A DNA stretch of 64,000 bases from Candidatus Latescibacterota bacterium (GCA_965204375.1 OZ241986.1:3264001-3328000), one strand, 5' to 3'. Positions 37,686-51,836 are shown, numbered from the stretch's first letter. Made by a program: numbers and translations. The notes: generated from the letters alone by a model not told the origin.

Positions 37686-40502
37686 TCAATCACCCACGCG
37701 CTGCAACCCAGGACCCTTCTCGTAGTAATAGCTCCCCGGAAAGAACTTTTCATTATCGGACATCGACTCAACCAACCGCACCTCTGCCGCACACACCTTG
37801 TACTCCGCTGTCCCCGTCACCGCATCGCCCACATCATTGGTCAGCACATTGGCGCGCGCCTCGGCAAAATGCAACGGCATCCAGATACACCCCGGGCGCA
37901 CTTGCCGCGACAAAATAGCCCGCAACTGCACACGCCCGCGCCGCGTCGTCACCTCCACCACATCCCCGTGATGAACACCCCGCTTCCGCGCATCGCTCGG
38001 ATGCAACTCCACAAAAGCCTCGGACTGTTTGGCATCAAGCCCGGACTCTCGGCGCGTCTGTGTTGCGGCATTGTAGTGATACAGCGTGCGTCCCGTAGAA
38101 AGAAAAAGACCGTAATCTTCATCCGGCAATTCCACCGGTGGGATATAATGCACGGGCATAAACAATCCCTTACCGCGCAAAATGCCATCTTCGTGTAAAA
38201 ATTTTGTACCCGGATGATCCGCATCGGGGCACGGCCACTGTAAACCCGCTATGCTCTCTTCACCTGCTACGCGATCTATCTTTTCCAATTTCTCGTGACT
38301 GATACCGGCAAATTGGGGAACGTCTTTAACCATCTCGGCATAAACTTCCGCTGGATCTTTATACGACCAATTCGCGCCCATCTTATTCGCCAGCATAACC
38401 AGAATCTCCCAATCTGGAAGCGCTTCCCCAGGGGGGTCAACCGCTTTGCGAACCCTCTGAATGCGGCGCTCTGAATTGGTAAACGTACCCTCCTTCTCGG
38501 CAAACACGGCTGCGGGCAAAATCACATCGGCAAAACGCGCCGTCTCATTCATAAACGCATCCTGCATCACGATAAAATCGACATTATTCAACCCCTTCTC
38601 CAACTCCAAAACATTGGGTTCCGATAACACAATATCTTCACCCATCACAAAAAAACCGCGCATCTGTTTGCCCACCGTCTTCATCATCTCATTGAGATTC
38701 AGACCCGGCACCGGGGACAGTGGAACACCCCAGGACTTTTCGTACTTTGCCCGCACTTCGGGATCATCCACACGCTGATAACCCGGATAAAACATCGGTG
38801 TGGCACCCGCATCATTTGCACCCTGCACATTGTTCTGTCCGCGCAGGGGATTCATCCCCATCGATGGTTTGCCCAGATGCCCTGTCATCAAAACCAGATT
38901 TGCAAGCGCATACACATTATCCGTACCGTGTGCGTGTTCCGTAATGCCCAGCGTATAGTATATACCCGCTTTTTCCGTCGTAGCGTACTGCCGCGCTGTC
39001 CAGCGAATATCATCTGCTGAAATACCCGTTATCTCCTCCGCCTTTTCGGGTGTATAAGACGCGACAGCCTCTTTGACCTGCTCAAAATTTTCAGTCTGAT
39101 TTTCGATAAACTCGCGGTCAATCAAATCCTCTGCCACAATCACATGCGCCATGGCATTGAGCAACCACACATCTGTACCGGGATTGAGTTGTAAATGCTT
39201 TTCCGCAATAGACGTCATCCAGATCGCCCTGGGATCGGCGACAACGAGAGTCGCGCCTTTGCGAATTGCGCGCTTCATTTCCATAGCGATAATCGGATGT
39301 GCCTCGCTCGTATTGCTGCCAATCACAAACAGAAAATCAGCATCGCGTATCTCGCCAATTGAATTTGTCATAGCACCCGCACCAAATGTTTCGACCAGAC
39401 CGGCCACAGTTGGCGCGTGTCACGTGGCCGCGCACTGATGGACGTGATTTGCCCGAAACAGCGCGCGCGCCATTTTCTGAACGAGAAAATTTTCCTCCAT
39501 CGTACACCGCGACGAACTCACAAAACCCAGAGCATCTGCGCCGTATCGCTCTGCAACCCCCAACAACCCCTTTGCTGCTCTTTCGAGCGCATCGTCCCAT
39601 GTAGTTGGATACAACACACCATCCTCACCCCGCACAAGCGGCTGCGTCAACCGGTCTTTGTGGTGAACAAAGTCATAAGCAAAGCGTCCCTTGACACACA
39701 AATTGCCGTCATTGGTCGTCGTGCCCGGCGGTGGACTCGTCACCTTTACAATCTGCCCCTTGCCATCTCGTCCTTCTGAATCCACATTGAGATCGAGTTG
39801 ACAGCCCACCCCACAAAAGTTGCAAGTTGATCGCACCTTTACCAGTTCGCGCTCGGGTTTTTGCCCGCGCATCAGTGGCAATTTTTCATTCATCGCGCCG
39901 GTCGGACACACATCAATACATCCACCGCATAACTCGCACGTCGTATCCAGCAGTGATTTTTCTTCCACCGTAGAAATCGTCGTATGCGACCCTCTACCCG
40001 CAAGGGTAATAGCCGAAACACCTTCTATTTCCTCGCAATAGCGCACGCATCGCGCACACGCAATACAGGTATCGGGATTAAAATCCACATAGGGATTGCG
40101 ATCCTCTCGATCTCCCCGCATCGGCTGCATCCAGCCCCAATCCATCGGCGCGTCGAACTCGGCAGCCATATCCAGCAATAAATCCGGCGACCCCACTTCC
40201 GATACTGCGCGCTCGTGTGGATGATCGGTCATATACAAAGCCATCAGGGTTTGGCGGTGACGATCAATGCGCTCATTCTCGGTCGTCACCACCATATCGT
40301 CTTGTGCCATGCGCGCACAGGCCGGCGTCATCAATCGTTCTCCTGCAACTTCCACGAGACAAGAGCGACACGCACCCGCGGGTTCTAAACGCGGATCGTG
40401 ACACAGAGTCGGAATTTCCAATCCCTGACGAGATGTAATGTCCAGCAGGGTCTCGCCTTCGGCAAAGCATACCGTCTGTCCGTTCAATGTCAGTTCATTC
40501 AT
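37686..40502 (-). CDS. fdhF: selenocysteine-containing formate dehydrogenase alpha subunit (938 aa, Sec at codon 361)
   Basis: Two track ORFs are in the same frame, joined by TGA at 39420-39422 in QCAAT-U-HAPTVAGL (the Mo/W ligand position). Also PLRGQNNVQG, CNFCGVGC and N-terminal 2Fe-2S and 2x4Fe-4S motifs. Confidence 0.93.
39378..39417 (-). promoter_or_regulatory. bacterial SECIS-like hairpin
   Basis: Just 3' of the UGA: CGCGCCAA-CUGU-GGCC-GGUCU-GGUC-GAA-ACAU-UUGGUGCG. The GGUCUG apex sits in the same position as in E. coli fdhF. Confidence 0.8.
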
Positions 40503-42090
40503 CAAATTCCTCGGGGAAAAATTTTTGGGCACTCGTCAGGGGGAGAGCAGCGATTTGCCCAAGACCACATATCGAACCCTCATTCATTTGCCACGCCACA
40601 TCTGCCGCGTGTTGCAAATGAGGTTTGTCGTCCTGTTCCCGATTGCAAATGCGATTTTCAAGTGCCTCGTGTAAATACCGCGTACCAATGCGACAAGGGG
40701 CACATTGCCCGCAGCTTTCATCGTGAAAAAATCTCAACTGTTGACTGACCGACCATTTCATATCCACCGTGTCGTTCAACACCACCACGCCGGCCGAGCC
40801 GAGCAGCGAACCCAACCCATCCATAGTCTTAAAATCCAACGGCTGATCTCTGTATTTAGCCGGCAAAAATCCCGAACTCGCACCCCCGGGACTAAACGCT
40901 TTCGGAGTGCCAATATATCCGCCCGCCTCTTCGACCAATTCATCCAAAGTCACGCCCAATGGCAACTCATAGACACCGGGGCGTTTGACATGCCCGCTAA
41001 TACAATACACTTTTGACCCCGCCTCTGTGCGCCCCAGATCGCGAAACCAATCGCCGCCTTTAGAAATAATCGAAGGCACGCACGCAATAGTCTCCACATT
41101 GTGAATAAGCGTGGGTTTTCCCCACAGGCCGTATTCTGTGGGATAGGGTGGGCGCAAACGCGGCATTCCGCGCTTGCCCTCCAAAGCCTCTAAAAGCGCC
41201 GTCTCCTCACCGCAAATATACGCACCCTGCCCCGAGTGCATGTGAAAACGGATATCGGGAAATATATCATGCGATTCAAACTCCGCAACAGCTTTTGCCA
41301 TCACAGCCTTTGGAAATGCAAACTCGCCCCGCAGGTACAAATAAACATCTCTCGCCCCGATTGTATAAGCCGCAATCGCCAATCCCTCAATGACCAGATC
41401 GGGACGACGCATCAAAATCTCCCTATCCTTAAATGTACCAGGCTCGCTCTCATCGCCATTTAGGACCACATAACGCACAATCTCTTTTTCTAAACACACG
41501 GCATTCCACTTAAAAGAAGCAGAAAAACCCGCACCACCGCGACCTTGCAGCCCCGACGTCTCTATTTCTTCAATAATTTCTTCGGGACGCATCTTCGCGG
41601 CCTTAGCAAACGCTTTGCCCGACCAATCGGCCCGCCCCAACAAATTGATCGCCATAGTATCAGCATCATCCCCCTCTGGTCCCACATGCCCCAACCAGCT
41701 TTTGCCACTGGACACTATCTCTGGCAGAAGCCTTGTCCAATCGCCTTCTGCCCGCACCACATCTTCGACCGATACAGCAGGCAACACATCGCGGTCTCGC
41801 AACACCGCAGGTGGACGATCACAAGCTGCCAGACATGAACACCCTATCGCGGGCAGGCCCGCATCTTCCATCGCCTGCAGCACCTGATCTGCACCCGCCA
41901 TGCGACACGACAAACCCGTGCAGACCCGCACTTTTTTGTCCGTATCCGTCAACAAATCAAAAAAGCTACCCACGCCATAGATCTGCGCTTCGGGAACGCC
42001 AGTTTGTTGCGATACCTCCCGCGATACGCCTGAATTTAATCCGCCGCCAATCTGGAGCAAATCGGGCACATCAGCCTGTTTTTTGTTCAT
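40495..42090 (-). CDS. NuoE/NuoF-like fused NAD(H)-binding diaphorase subunit
   Basis: CTGLSC...CLAAC 2Fe-2S, GLQGRGGAGF, DESEPGTFKDR, GAYICGEETAL and ESCGQCAPCR...ICGLG. Confidence 0.92.
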   Translation of the reverse strand: MNKKQADVPDLLQIGGGLNSGVSREVSQQTGVPEAQIYGVGSFFDLLTDTDKKVRVCTGLSCRMAGADQVLQAMEDAGLPAIGCSCLAACDRPPAVLRDRDVLPAVSVEDVVRAEGDWTRLLPEIVSSGKSWLGHVGPEGDDADTMAINLLGRADWSGKAFAKAAKMRPEEIIEEIETSGLQGRGGAGFSASFKWNAVCLEKEIVRYVVLNGDESEPGTFKDREILMRRPDLVIEGLAIAAYTIGARDVYLYLRGEFAFPKAVMAKAVAEFESHDIFPDIRFHMHSGQGAYICGEETALLEALEGKRGMPRLRPPYPTEYGLWGKPTLIHNVETIACVPSIISKGGDWFRDLGRTEAGSKVYCISGHVKRPGVYELPLGVTLDELVEEAGGYIGTPKAFSPGGASSGFLPAKYRDQPLDFKTMDGLGSLLGSAGVVVLNDTVDMKWSVSQQLRFFHDESCGQCAPCRIGTRYLHEALENRICNREQDDKPHLQHAADVAWQMNEGSICGLGQIAALPLTSAQKFFPEEFDE

Positions 42091-42724
42091 CTATAACCCT
42101 TCCATTCGCCCTGCGAATTTGATCCATCAGCTTTTGGGTCGCCTCAGTGGGATCGGGCTGGCAACACACGGCTGAAATCACCGCAATACCGTGCGCCCCT
42201 GCGCGCATCACCTCGCCGGCATTTTCTATCCCAATACCCCCAATGGCAATAATGGGAACACTGACCCCACTGACCATCTCGCTCAAGTCCTCCAGACCTC
42301 TCACCATGCCCGCATCGGCTTTTGAACCAGTTGCATAAATCGGTCCAAAACCGATGTAATCCGCACCTTCGGCAACACACTGCTGCGCCTGTGCAAGCGT
42401 CTTTGCCGTACCGCCAATCACCGCATCTTCACCGAGCAAATCGCGCGCTTTTTTAATGGGAAAATCATCTTGTCCCAAATGCACCCCATCGGCCTCTGCG
42501 ACAATCGCCACATCAACCCGGTCGTTCACAATCAAAGGCACATCACCACACGCATTCTTCACGGCAATAGCCGTCTCAATCAACGCGCGCGTCGAACCCT
42601 CTTTTTGTCGAAACTGAATGGTATCCGCTCCCCCAGCAACAGCCATCTGCGCCAGCGCACTATGTGAAAAGTGATCTTGCAAAACAACATCGGTTATGAC
42701 GTGAAGTCTGCCAATTTTTTTCAT
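42071..42724 (-). CDS. thiE: thiamine-phosphate synthase
   Basis: QFRQK, IVNDRVD, GVHLGQDD and AIGGI. Confidence 0.93.
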   Translation of the reverse strand: MKKIGRLHVITDVVLQDHFSHSALAQMAVAGGADTIQFRQKEGSTRALIETAIAVKNACGDVPLIVNDRVDVAIVAEADGVHLGQDDFPIKKARDLLGEDAVIGGTAKTLAQAQQCVAEGADYIGFGPIYATGSKADAGMVRGLEDLSEMVSGVSVPIIAIGGIGIENAGEVMRAGAHGIAVISAVCCQPDPTEATQKLMDQIRRANGRVIDEQKTG

Positions 42725-42731
42725 GTTAGAA

Positions 42732-43532
42732 TTAGCGTTCAGTACAGTCTAAAAAATAAAAGTGATTCACAGGACCGTTACCTTTGCCAATATCCAAACC
42801 GTGCCGGATAGCTTCGGTAATATAATTTTTTGCCCGATCTATTGCATCGCACAACCCGTATCCCAACGCAAAATTGGCTGCTATCGCCGATGCCAGTGTA
42901 CAACCTGTCCCGTGTGTATTCTCGGTATCGATGCGTTCACTTTCAAAAATCGTTTCACGCACCCCATCCCACAACACATCCACCGCTGCGCCCTCCAAAT
43001 GTCCCCCTTTCACCAGCACGGAACACGCGCTCAAATCGGCAATTTTACGCGCAGCAAAACCGGCATCTTCTCGCGTCTTTATTTTTTTTTCACTCAACAA
43101 GTCTGCTTCATGGCAATTCGGCGTCGCCAATGTAGCGAGCGGCAACAAACGGTCCGTAACACATTGTATGGCATCATCTCTGAGCAATGGAAACCCACTC
43201 GTCGAAATCATCACCGGATCGACCACGAGCGGTTGCCCATTGCGAGTTGTCAACTCATCGGTCACAGCCTCTACAATCTCACGCGAGGACAACATCCCCG
43301 TCTTCACCGCAGCAATCTCAAAATCGTCAAACACGGCACTTATCTGAGCGCGTACAATCTCCTCGGACAAATCACAAGCCGCACGCACCTCTTGTGTATT
43401 TTGAGCAGTTACCGATGTAATCGCAGACAGGCCAAACACGCCATGGGCGTGAAATGTTTTCAAATCCGCCTGAATGCCCGCGCCACCGCCGGAATCTGAA
43501 CCTGCAATTGTCAGGGCTTGTTTCATTCCCAT
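42732..43532 (-). CDS. thiD: hydroxymethylpyrimidine/phosphomethylpyrimidine kinase
   Basis: TIAGSDSGGGAGIQADLKT, VDPVM, KGGH and THGTGCT. Confidence 0.96.
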   Translation of the reverse strand: MGMKQALTIAGSDSGGGAGIQADLKTFHAHGVFGLSAITSVTAQNTQEVRAACDLSEEIVRAQISAVFDDFEIAAVKTGMLSSREIVEAVTDELTTRNGQPLVVDPVMISTSGFPLLRDDAIQCVTDRLLPLATLATPNCHEADLLSEKKIKTREDAGFAARKIADLSACSVLVKGGHLEGAAVDVLWDGVRETIFESERIDTENTHGTGCTLASAIAANFALGYGLCDAIDRAKNYITEAIRHGLDIGKGNGPVNHFYFLDCTER

Positions 43533-44137
43533 GCCTTCAAAAATTCACATACCGCTTTGGTCGGATCTCTCGCAGCCAAAATACCCGACATCACCGCGAC
43601 ACCCGCACATCCCGTTGCGCGGCATTTAGCTGCGCGTTGAGGTGTTATACCACCCAGCGCGTAAACGGGTAAGCGAGAATGCGCCACCGCATTTGCCAAC
43701 CCCACCAACCCTGCTTCCACACCATCATACCCGGGTTTGGACCCCGGTGTGAAAATGGGACTATAAGTCACAAAATCTGCCCCACCAGCGCAATCTAATT
43801 CCGCATAGGTATGTGTGGAATAACCAATTAAAAATGACGGCCCGACCCGATCTCGGACCGCCCGCGGCAATGCACCACCTGGTAAATGCACACCCTGCGC
43901 GCCGATCTTCACGGCAATATCTACTGCTGTATTAATCAACAGCCTCGCATCATAACGCGCCACCAGCGACAACACCTTCTCACCCAAAGCTTTCAATTTA
44001 TCCCTATCCAGAGCTTTTTCCCGCAACTGCACCAGCCGCACCCCGGCATCCAGCGCACGCGCGAGCACATCCAGCATCGGTTGATCACCGCACGTTGCCC
44101 GATCGGCAATCAGATAGAGAGGTGGCAATGAATTCAA
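43523..44137 (-). CDS. ThiE paralogue, TenI-like (thiazole tautomerase)
   Basis: ThiE fold (QLREK, GVHLP, YALGGI) but lacks the ND/QDD motifs; follows thiG. Confidence 0.75.
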   Translation of the reverse strand: MNSLPPLYLIADRATCGDQPMLDVLARALDAGVRLVQLREKALDRDKLKALGEKVLSLVARYDARLLINTAVDIAVKIGAQGVHLPGGALPRAVRDRVGPSFLIGYSTHTYAELDCAGGADFVTYSPIFTPGSKPGYDGVEAGLVGLANAVAHSRLPVYALGGITPQRAAKCRATGCAGVAVMSGILAARDPTKAVCEFLKAWE

Positions 44138-44910
44138 ATTTCCACCCGTCCTTCCATCGCTGTCGAAGCCGTCGCGTACAGCTTTCTGGGAATCCGCCCA
44201 GCTTCAAAAGCCAACCGCCCGGCTTCAACTCCCTTTTTCATTGCCATCGCCATCTTCACCGGATGCCGCGCTCCGGCCACCGCCGTATTCAACAACACAC
44301 CATCGCACCCCAATTCCATCGCCAGAGCAGCATCCGATGCGGTTCCCACACCCGCATCGACAATGACTGGCACATCGACCGAATCCAGAATAATCTGAAT
44401 ATTGTACGGATTGCGAATCCCCATTCCCGAACCAATGGGCGCACCCAGAGGCATCACAGCGGCGCACCCCAAATCTTCCAGCTTCTTACAGGTAATCGGA
44501 TCGTCATTGCAATAGGGCAACACAGTAAACCCATCATTCACCAGGGTCTCAGCAGCCTGGAGCAACCCCACCACATCCGGAAACAACGTGCGTTCATCCC
44601 CAATCACCTCTAACTTAATCAAATCGGTTTCCAGTGCTTCGCGGGCCAACCGCGCAGTAAGCACCGCGTCTTGAGCCGTAAAACATCCGGCAGTATTTGG
44701 CAAAATGGTGTATCGCGATCGATCGAGCAAATCGAGAACACCCTCGCCAGATTCGTCATTCATATTGAGCCGCCGAATGCCCACCGTTACAATCTCTGCG
44801 CCACTGGCTTCCACGGACTTCAGCATCACCTGCATATTGGGATAATGCGCAGTGCCTATCAACAGCCGTGAACGATATGTTACGCCTGCCATCTTAAAAT
44901 CGCCTGTCAT
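44134..44910 (-). CDS. thiG: thiazole synthase
   Basis: [25 protein letters not shown] and VDAGVG. Confidence 0.97.
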   Translation of the reverse strand: MTGDFKMAGVTYRSRLLIGTAHYPNMQVMLKSVEASGAEIVTVGIRRLNMNDESGEGVLDLLDRSRYTILPNTAGCFTAQDAVLTARLAREALETDLIKLEVIGDERTLFPDVVGLLQAAETLVNDGFTVLPYCNDDPITCKKLEDLGCAAVMPLGAPIGSGMGIRNPYNIQIILDSVDVPVIVDAGVGTASDAALAMELGCDGVLLNTAVAGARHPVKMAMAMKKGVEAGRLAFEAGRIPRKLYATASTAMEGRVEI

Positions 44911-44922
44911 AATATCCTCAGT

Positions 44923-45129
44923 CTATCCCCCCTGAACCGCGTGAATAATATCCACCCGATCGCCATTGCGCAACCGCATATCTGTCCACATCGCCCGCGC
45001 TATGACCTCGGCATTTACAGCCACGGCAATACCTTTTTGTTCGGCTTTAAAATTCATCTCAATCAGCAAATCAAGCAGCGTTGATGCACCATCCACTGAT
45101 TGCTCTTGACCATTCACTATAAGTTGCAT
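44923..45129 (-). CDS. thiS: sulfur carrier protein
   Basis: MQLIVNG...AVAVN...VQGG C-terminus. Confidence 0.95.
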   Translation of the reverse strand: MQLIVNGQEQSVDGASTLLDLLIEMNFKAEQKGIAVAVNAEVIARAMWTDMRLRNGDRVDIIHAVQGG

Positions 45130-45133
45130 GAGT

Positions 45134-48351
<3,218 letters not shown>

Positions 48352-48361
48352 GGGGAATTGA

Positions 48362-48730
48362 ATGAATACATCGCATTTTGTCACATCTGAAATTATTCAG
48401 CACATCGTTGACACGATTGTGTATGCTGTACATCCCCATAAAATTCTGATATTTGGGTCTTGCGCTAATAAAAAGATGAAATGGGATAGTGACTTAGACC
48501 TATTTATAGAAATGGACACGGATGTGTCATTTGTGGATCGCGCATTAAGTATTCGCAATTTGTTCGATAAGGTCCCCTGCCCGCTGGATATTGTTGTTTA
48601 TACACCTGAGGAAGTTGCCTATTGGCGTGAAGTGCCTTCTTCATTTGTACACAAAATTTTTGCCGAGGGTTACGTCGTTCATGACCGAGCCACAGAAAAA
48701 TCTGGTCAAACAGTGGATGCTCAAAGCTGA
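48362..48730 (+). CDS. minimal nucleotidyltransferase (MNT)
   Basis: FGS-x10-DLD motif and DIVVYTPEE. Confidence 0.9.
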   Translation: MNTSHFVTSEIIQHIVDTIVYAVHPHKILIFGSCANKKMKWDSDLDLFIEMDTDVSFVDRALSIRNLFDKVPCPLDIVVYTPEEVAYWREVPSSFVHKIFAEGYVVHDRATEKSGQTVDAQS

Positions 48731-49106
48731 GAATGATCTGCTGAATGTCGCCAATAATCTACAATCGGATTCTATACCCTGGGATACGGTCTGCTTTCAT
48801 TGTCAGCAGGTCGTAGAAAAATATATCAAGGCAATTCTGGTAATTCACAATCGAGAAATCCCAAGAATTCACGATCTGGAGCAACTTTACAACTTGATTC
48901 AATCGCAGATACCATCCCTGGAAAATCAAAGAGCCGAATTGCGATGGTTGACCACTTATGCTGTTAGTAGTCGATATCCCGTAGAAATTGAAGATGTGTG
49001 CCCAGGTAAAGATGAAGGAAGACGTGCTCATCAACTTGCGAAGACCATCCGAAATACATGCCGAACTTATATGCAGTGCTTCTCCAAAGACCTGATAAGA
49101 GATTGA
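48681..49106 (+). CDS. HEPN-domain protein (MNT-HEPN pair)
   Basis: ATG 48681 with GAGG SD. WMLKAENDL, CFHCQQVVEKYIKA, PRIHDL and SRYP. Confidence 0.92.
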   Translation: MTEPQKNLVKQWMLKAENDLLNVANNLQSDSIPWDTVCFHCQQVVEKYIKAILVIHNREIPRIHDLEQLYNLIQSQIPSLENQRAELRWLTTYAVSSRYPVEIEDVCPGKDEGRRAHQLAKTIRNTCRTYMQCFSKDLIRD

Positions 49107-49191
49107 GGCTGGAGACAGAAGAGTCTGAGATTTGCCAGATTGCGGATTGAACAATGTCTAACTTGTCCTACTTATTTGGAGTATACAACAA

Positions 49192-50130
49192 ATGACCGGA
49201 GCAAAGATTTTTGCCTTTATTAACTACAAAGGTGGTGTCGCAAAAACGACATCAACCTATCATATTGGATGCTGGTTAGCCGGGCTCAAAGAAAAAAAAG
49301 TTTTGTTGATCGATATCGATCCTCAGACGAATCTGACATTTTTATGTGCTTCTATTGAAGACTGGGAAACGCGCAAGTCCAAAGTCGGCACAATCGCCAC
49401 AATGTATAAGAGATATCTAAATAGGAATCCTATAGATGTTAAAAGATATCTATGGGAAACTCCTATTCGTTTAAGGGATGGTCGCCGTCATCCAAGGATT
49501 GATTTGGTGCCATGCGATATAGACTTGATCGGAGAGGATATTGGCAGCGGCCAAATCGCTGGGGCATATCCAAGCATGGAGATGTTGAAGATGAACGCAC
49601 AGCAGTTTATGCGTGACCGGGACTTCCTTGCCAAAGCCATTGATGAAGTCAGGGACAAGTACGATTACATTCTCATAGATTGCCCGCCAAATCTTTATTT
49701 GATGACACAGAATGCGCTAGTGGCGAGTGATTACTATATTGTGACGGCGATACCAGACCATCTTTCTACTATTGGCTTGAATATCCTGATAAACAAAGTT
49801 AAAAAGATCGATGATCTTGTGGAGCATGCAGCAGCTTTGGCTGGCAAAAATGCGGAGCGTCACCGTATTGCTGAGTTTGGCGCAATCCTTTTCGCTCGAG
49901 TACGAATCGGAGGTTCAATGCTCACGACAGCACATGCGGACAAGATGGAGGAAATTCGATCATATTCAGGTCTGGAGTGCTTCGAAACGCATACAACCGA
50001 GTTAATTGGATATACGGAAGCTGCTGAAAACAGCCTGCCAGTCTGGTTGCATGATTCTGATAATGCCCGGCGGGCTACGCAGAAGCAAGAATATCCCAAG
50101 ATTGTCGATGAACTATTGGGGAAATTTTGA
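49192..50130 (+). CDS. ParA/Soj-family ATPase
   Basis: NYKGGVAKTT, IDIDPQTNLT and LIDCPPN. Confidence 0.93.
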   Translation: MTGAKIFAFINYKGGVAKTTSTYHIGCWLAGLKEKKVLLIDIDPQTNLTFLCASIEDWETRKSKVGTIATMYKRYLNRNPIDVKRYLWETPIRLRDGRRHPRIDLVPCDIDLIGEDIGSGQIAGAYPSMEMLKMNAQQFMRDRDFLAKAIDEVRDKYDYILIDCPPNLYLMTQNALVASDYYIVTAIPDHLSTIGLNILINKVKKIDDLVEHAAALAGKNAERHRIAEFGAILFARVRIGGSMLTTAHADKMEEIRSYSGLECFETHTTELIGYTEAAENSLPVWLHDSDNARRATQKQEYPKIVDELLGKF

Positions 50131-50132
50131 TA

Positions 50133-50711
50133 ATGAATAACTCTGGAAAATTGACTGGGAAGAAGCTAGAAAGCTTCTTAAGCAAGATGTCCGAACTGGT
50201 TGACACCTTGCCATCGCAGGAAACGAAAGACCGACTTGATCAAGAACTGGAAGCCTTGATCAAGTTCCTACAAGACTTCCAGAACAGACTAAAGTCGCTT
50301 CCCACAGAAGAAGACGTATATGGCGTCACGTCATCAATAGAAACAATAAAAGACTGTGTGCGTATCGCTGAGTCAGATCCTGTAATGTCGCGTGTTCTGG
50401 GCCTTTCAGCCGACAATGGAGCGTTGAGGAGACGTCCGAACAACTCCCTTACACAACAAGACCGTGAGGAAGCAAAAGCTATAGCAGAAGAATTAAAAGA
50501 ACTGTCGCCTAGAGATGTCGAGCGTAAGTTGGCAAACAACAGAAAGTACACCATTCCAATTCTGAGACAGATAGCAGGGGCTCTGGGAATAAATATCCCA
50601 TCCAAGTCAACTCGGTTATCTATCATTGAAAAAATAGCTAAGAAAATAGCCAATCTTCGAGGGTACAATTACCTTAGACATAGAAGTGACGAAAGTATCA
50701 GTGCATCATAG
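50133..50711 (+). CDS. hypothetical helical protein with C-terminal Rho-N/HeH-like motif
   Basis: Coupled to parA. N-terminal amphipathic helices; C-terminal YTIPILRQIAGALGINIPSKSTRLSIIEKI. Confidence 0.75.
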   Translation: MNNSGKLTGKKLESFLSKMSELVDTLPSQETKDRLDQELEALIKFLQDFQNRLKSLPTEEDVYGVTSSIETIKDCVRIAESDPVMSRVLGLSADNGALRRRPNNSLTQQDREEAKAIAEELKELSPRDVERKLANNRKYTIPILRQIAGALGINIPSKSTRLSIIEKIAKKIANLRGYNYLRHRSDESISAS

Positions 50712-50712
50712 A

Positions 50713-50910
50713 GGCAGGTCGCGTTGATCCAGGCCTTGATCCCATTAGAATTAGACGCCTATCCGGACACAGATACACTCGCAAAGACGCTCAAAACCCC
50801 AATCGCCTGCCTGTGCCGGGCACGGCAGCCAAGTAGGTGGAGCAGTCAAAAAGGGTCTGTGTATTTGGCCGATCAAAAAGTGCCCATATCTGTGCCCAGA
50901 GTACGTAATG
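50713..50910 (+). pseudogene. IS256-family transposase remnant
   Basis: Fragments QVALIQALIPL and RWSSQKGSVYLADQKVPISVPRVRN resemble the N-terminus of IS256 transposases; the rest is absent. Confidence 0.65.
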
Positions 50911-50921
50911 GTGAACAAAAA

Positions 50922-51836
50922 ATGAAAGAGCGGAAATCCATCGCGAAATGGGGTTTTGGCATGGCCCCAATATCATCGCGAATGCAACGGCGCTACGACG
51001 CGGCTGTTCAAACCGCTCTCGATCTATTCGGTGGTAACATTGAGCTACAAAAAGTTCCTTTAGACGATATTAGTGAACTCAAAGGGATGTTTAATCGTTG
51101 CCTACGTAAAGATCAATGGGACTGGTTTAGCGTCTTCACTAAGTTTGGCGAACCAAGTCATAAACACATGCGGGGAATAGCCAATAACCTCCAGACCCTT
51201 CGTCGCTCAATTATCACCGACGATCAAGTGTCAATAGAATCTGCAAAACAGCAACTCATTGACAATAATCTTCTGCTATACCTCCACAACTATCAGGAAG
51301 ATATAAATTCATCCAGTGGCTCTGATGATGATGGATGGGTATATATTCTCTCAACGCGTGAGCAACCAAACATCCTCAAAATCGGTATGACACGCCGTTC
51401 TGTATCTCAGCGAGTAAAGGAAATCAATTCAGCAACAGGAGTGCTGATTCCATTCTCAGCACGGCACGTATTCCGGGTCAAACATGCTACAGATGCCGAA
51501 CGTGAAATTTTCGCTCTCTTGAGCCAATACCGCCTTAGGTCTGACCGGGAGTTTTTTGAAATACCCTTCAATAAAGCAGTAACCCTTATTAATGAGTATC
51601 TTGCTAAAGCCCGGATGCGTCAGCGACAACAGGGAACAATAGTGTGGTTTAATTCAAAAAAGAAATATGGTTTTATCGCAACTGATGAAAATAAGGATAT
51701 ATTTGTACATTCATCTCAAGTGACAAGAAGTGATTTATCTATGCTAAAATCAGGCACAGTTGTCGAGTTTGATCTTGGACGTAATCCACGTGGATTATGT
51801 GCTCTCCGAGTACAGGTGATCAAAGACACCATCTAA
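50922..51836 (+). CDS. T5orf172 (GIY-YIG-like) nuclease fused to a C-terminal cold-shock domain
   Basis: GWVYIL...LKIGMT...RVKEINSATGV...AEREI...REFF, then GTIVWFNSKKKYGFI...DIFVH (RNP1/RNP2). Start 50922 or 50961. Confidence 0.88.
   Translation: MKERKSIAKWGFGMAPISSRMQRRYDAAVQTALDLFGGNIELQKVPLDDISELKGMFNRCLRKDQWDWFSVFTKFGEPSHKHMRGIANNLQTLRRSIITDDQVSIESAKQQLIDNNLLLYLHNYQEDINSSSGSDDDGWVYILSTREQPNILKIGMTRRSVSQRVKEINSATGVLIPFSARHVFRVKHATDAEREIFALLSQYRLRSDREFFEIPFNKAVTLINEYLAKARMRQRQQGTIVWFNSKKKYGFIATDENKDIFVHSSQVTRSDLSMLKSGTVVEFDLGRNPRGLCALRVQVIKDTI

Noticed and set aside
37686-40532. FDH as two genes or a nonsense pseudogene
   Set aside because: Same frame, TGA at the Sec position and a SECIS-like hairpin indicate one recoded gene.
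50724-50921. N-terminal part of the 370-aa ORF as a real domain
   Set aside because: It is IS256 transposase debris that happens to be in frame.
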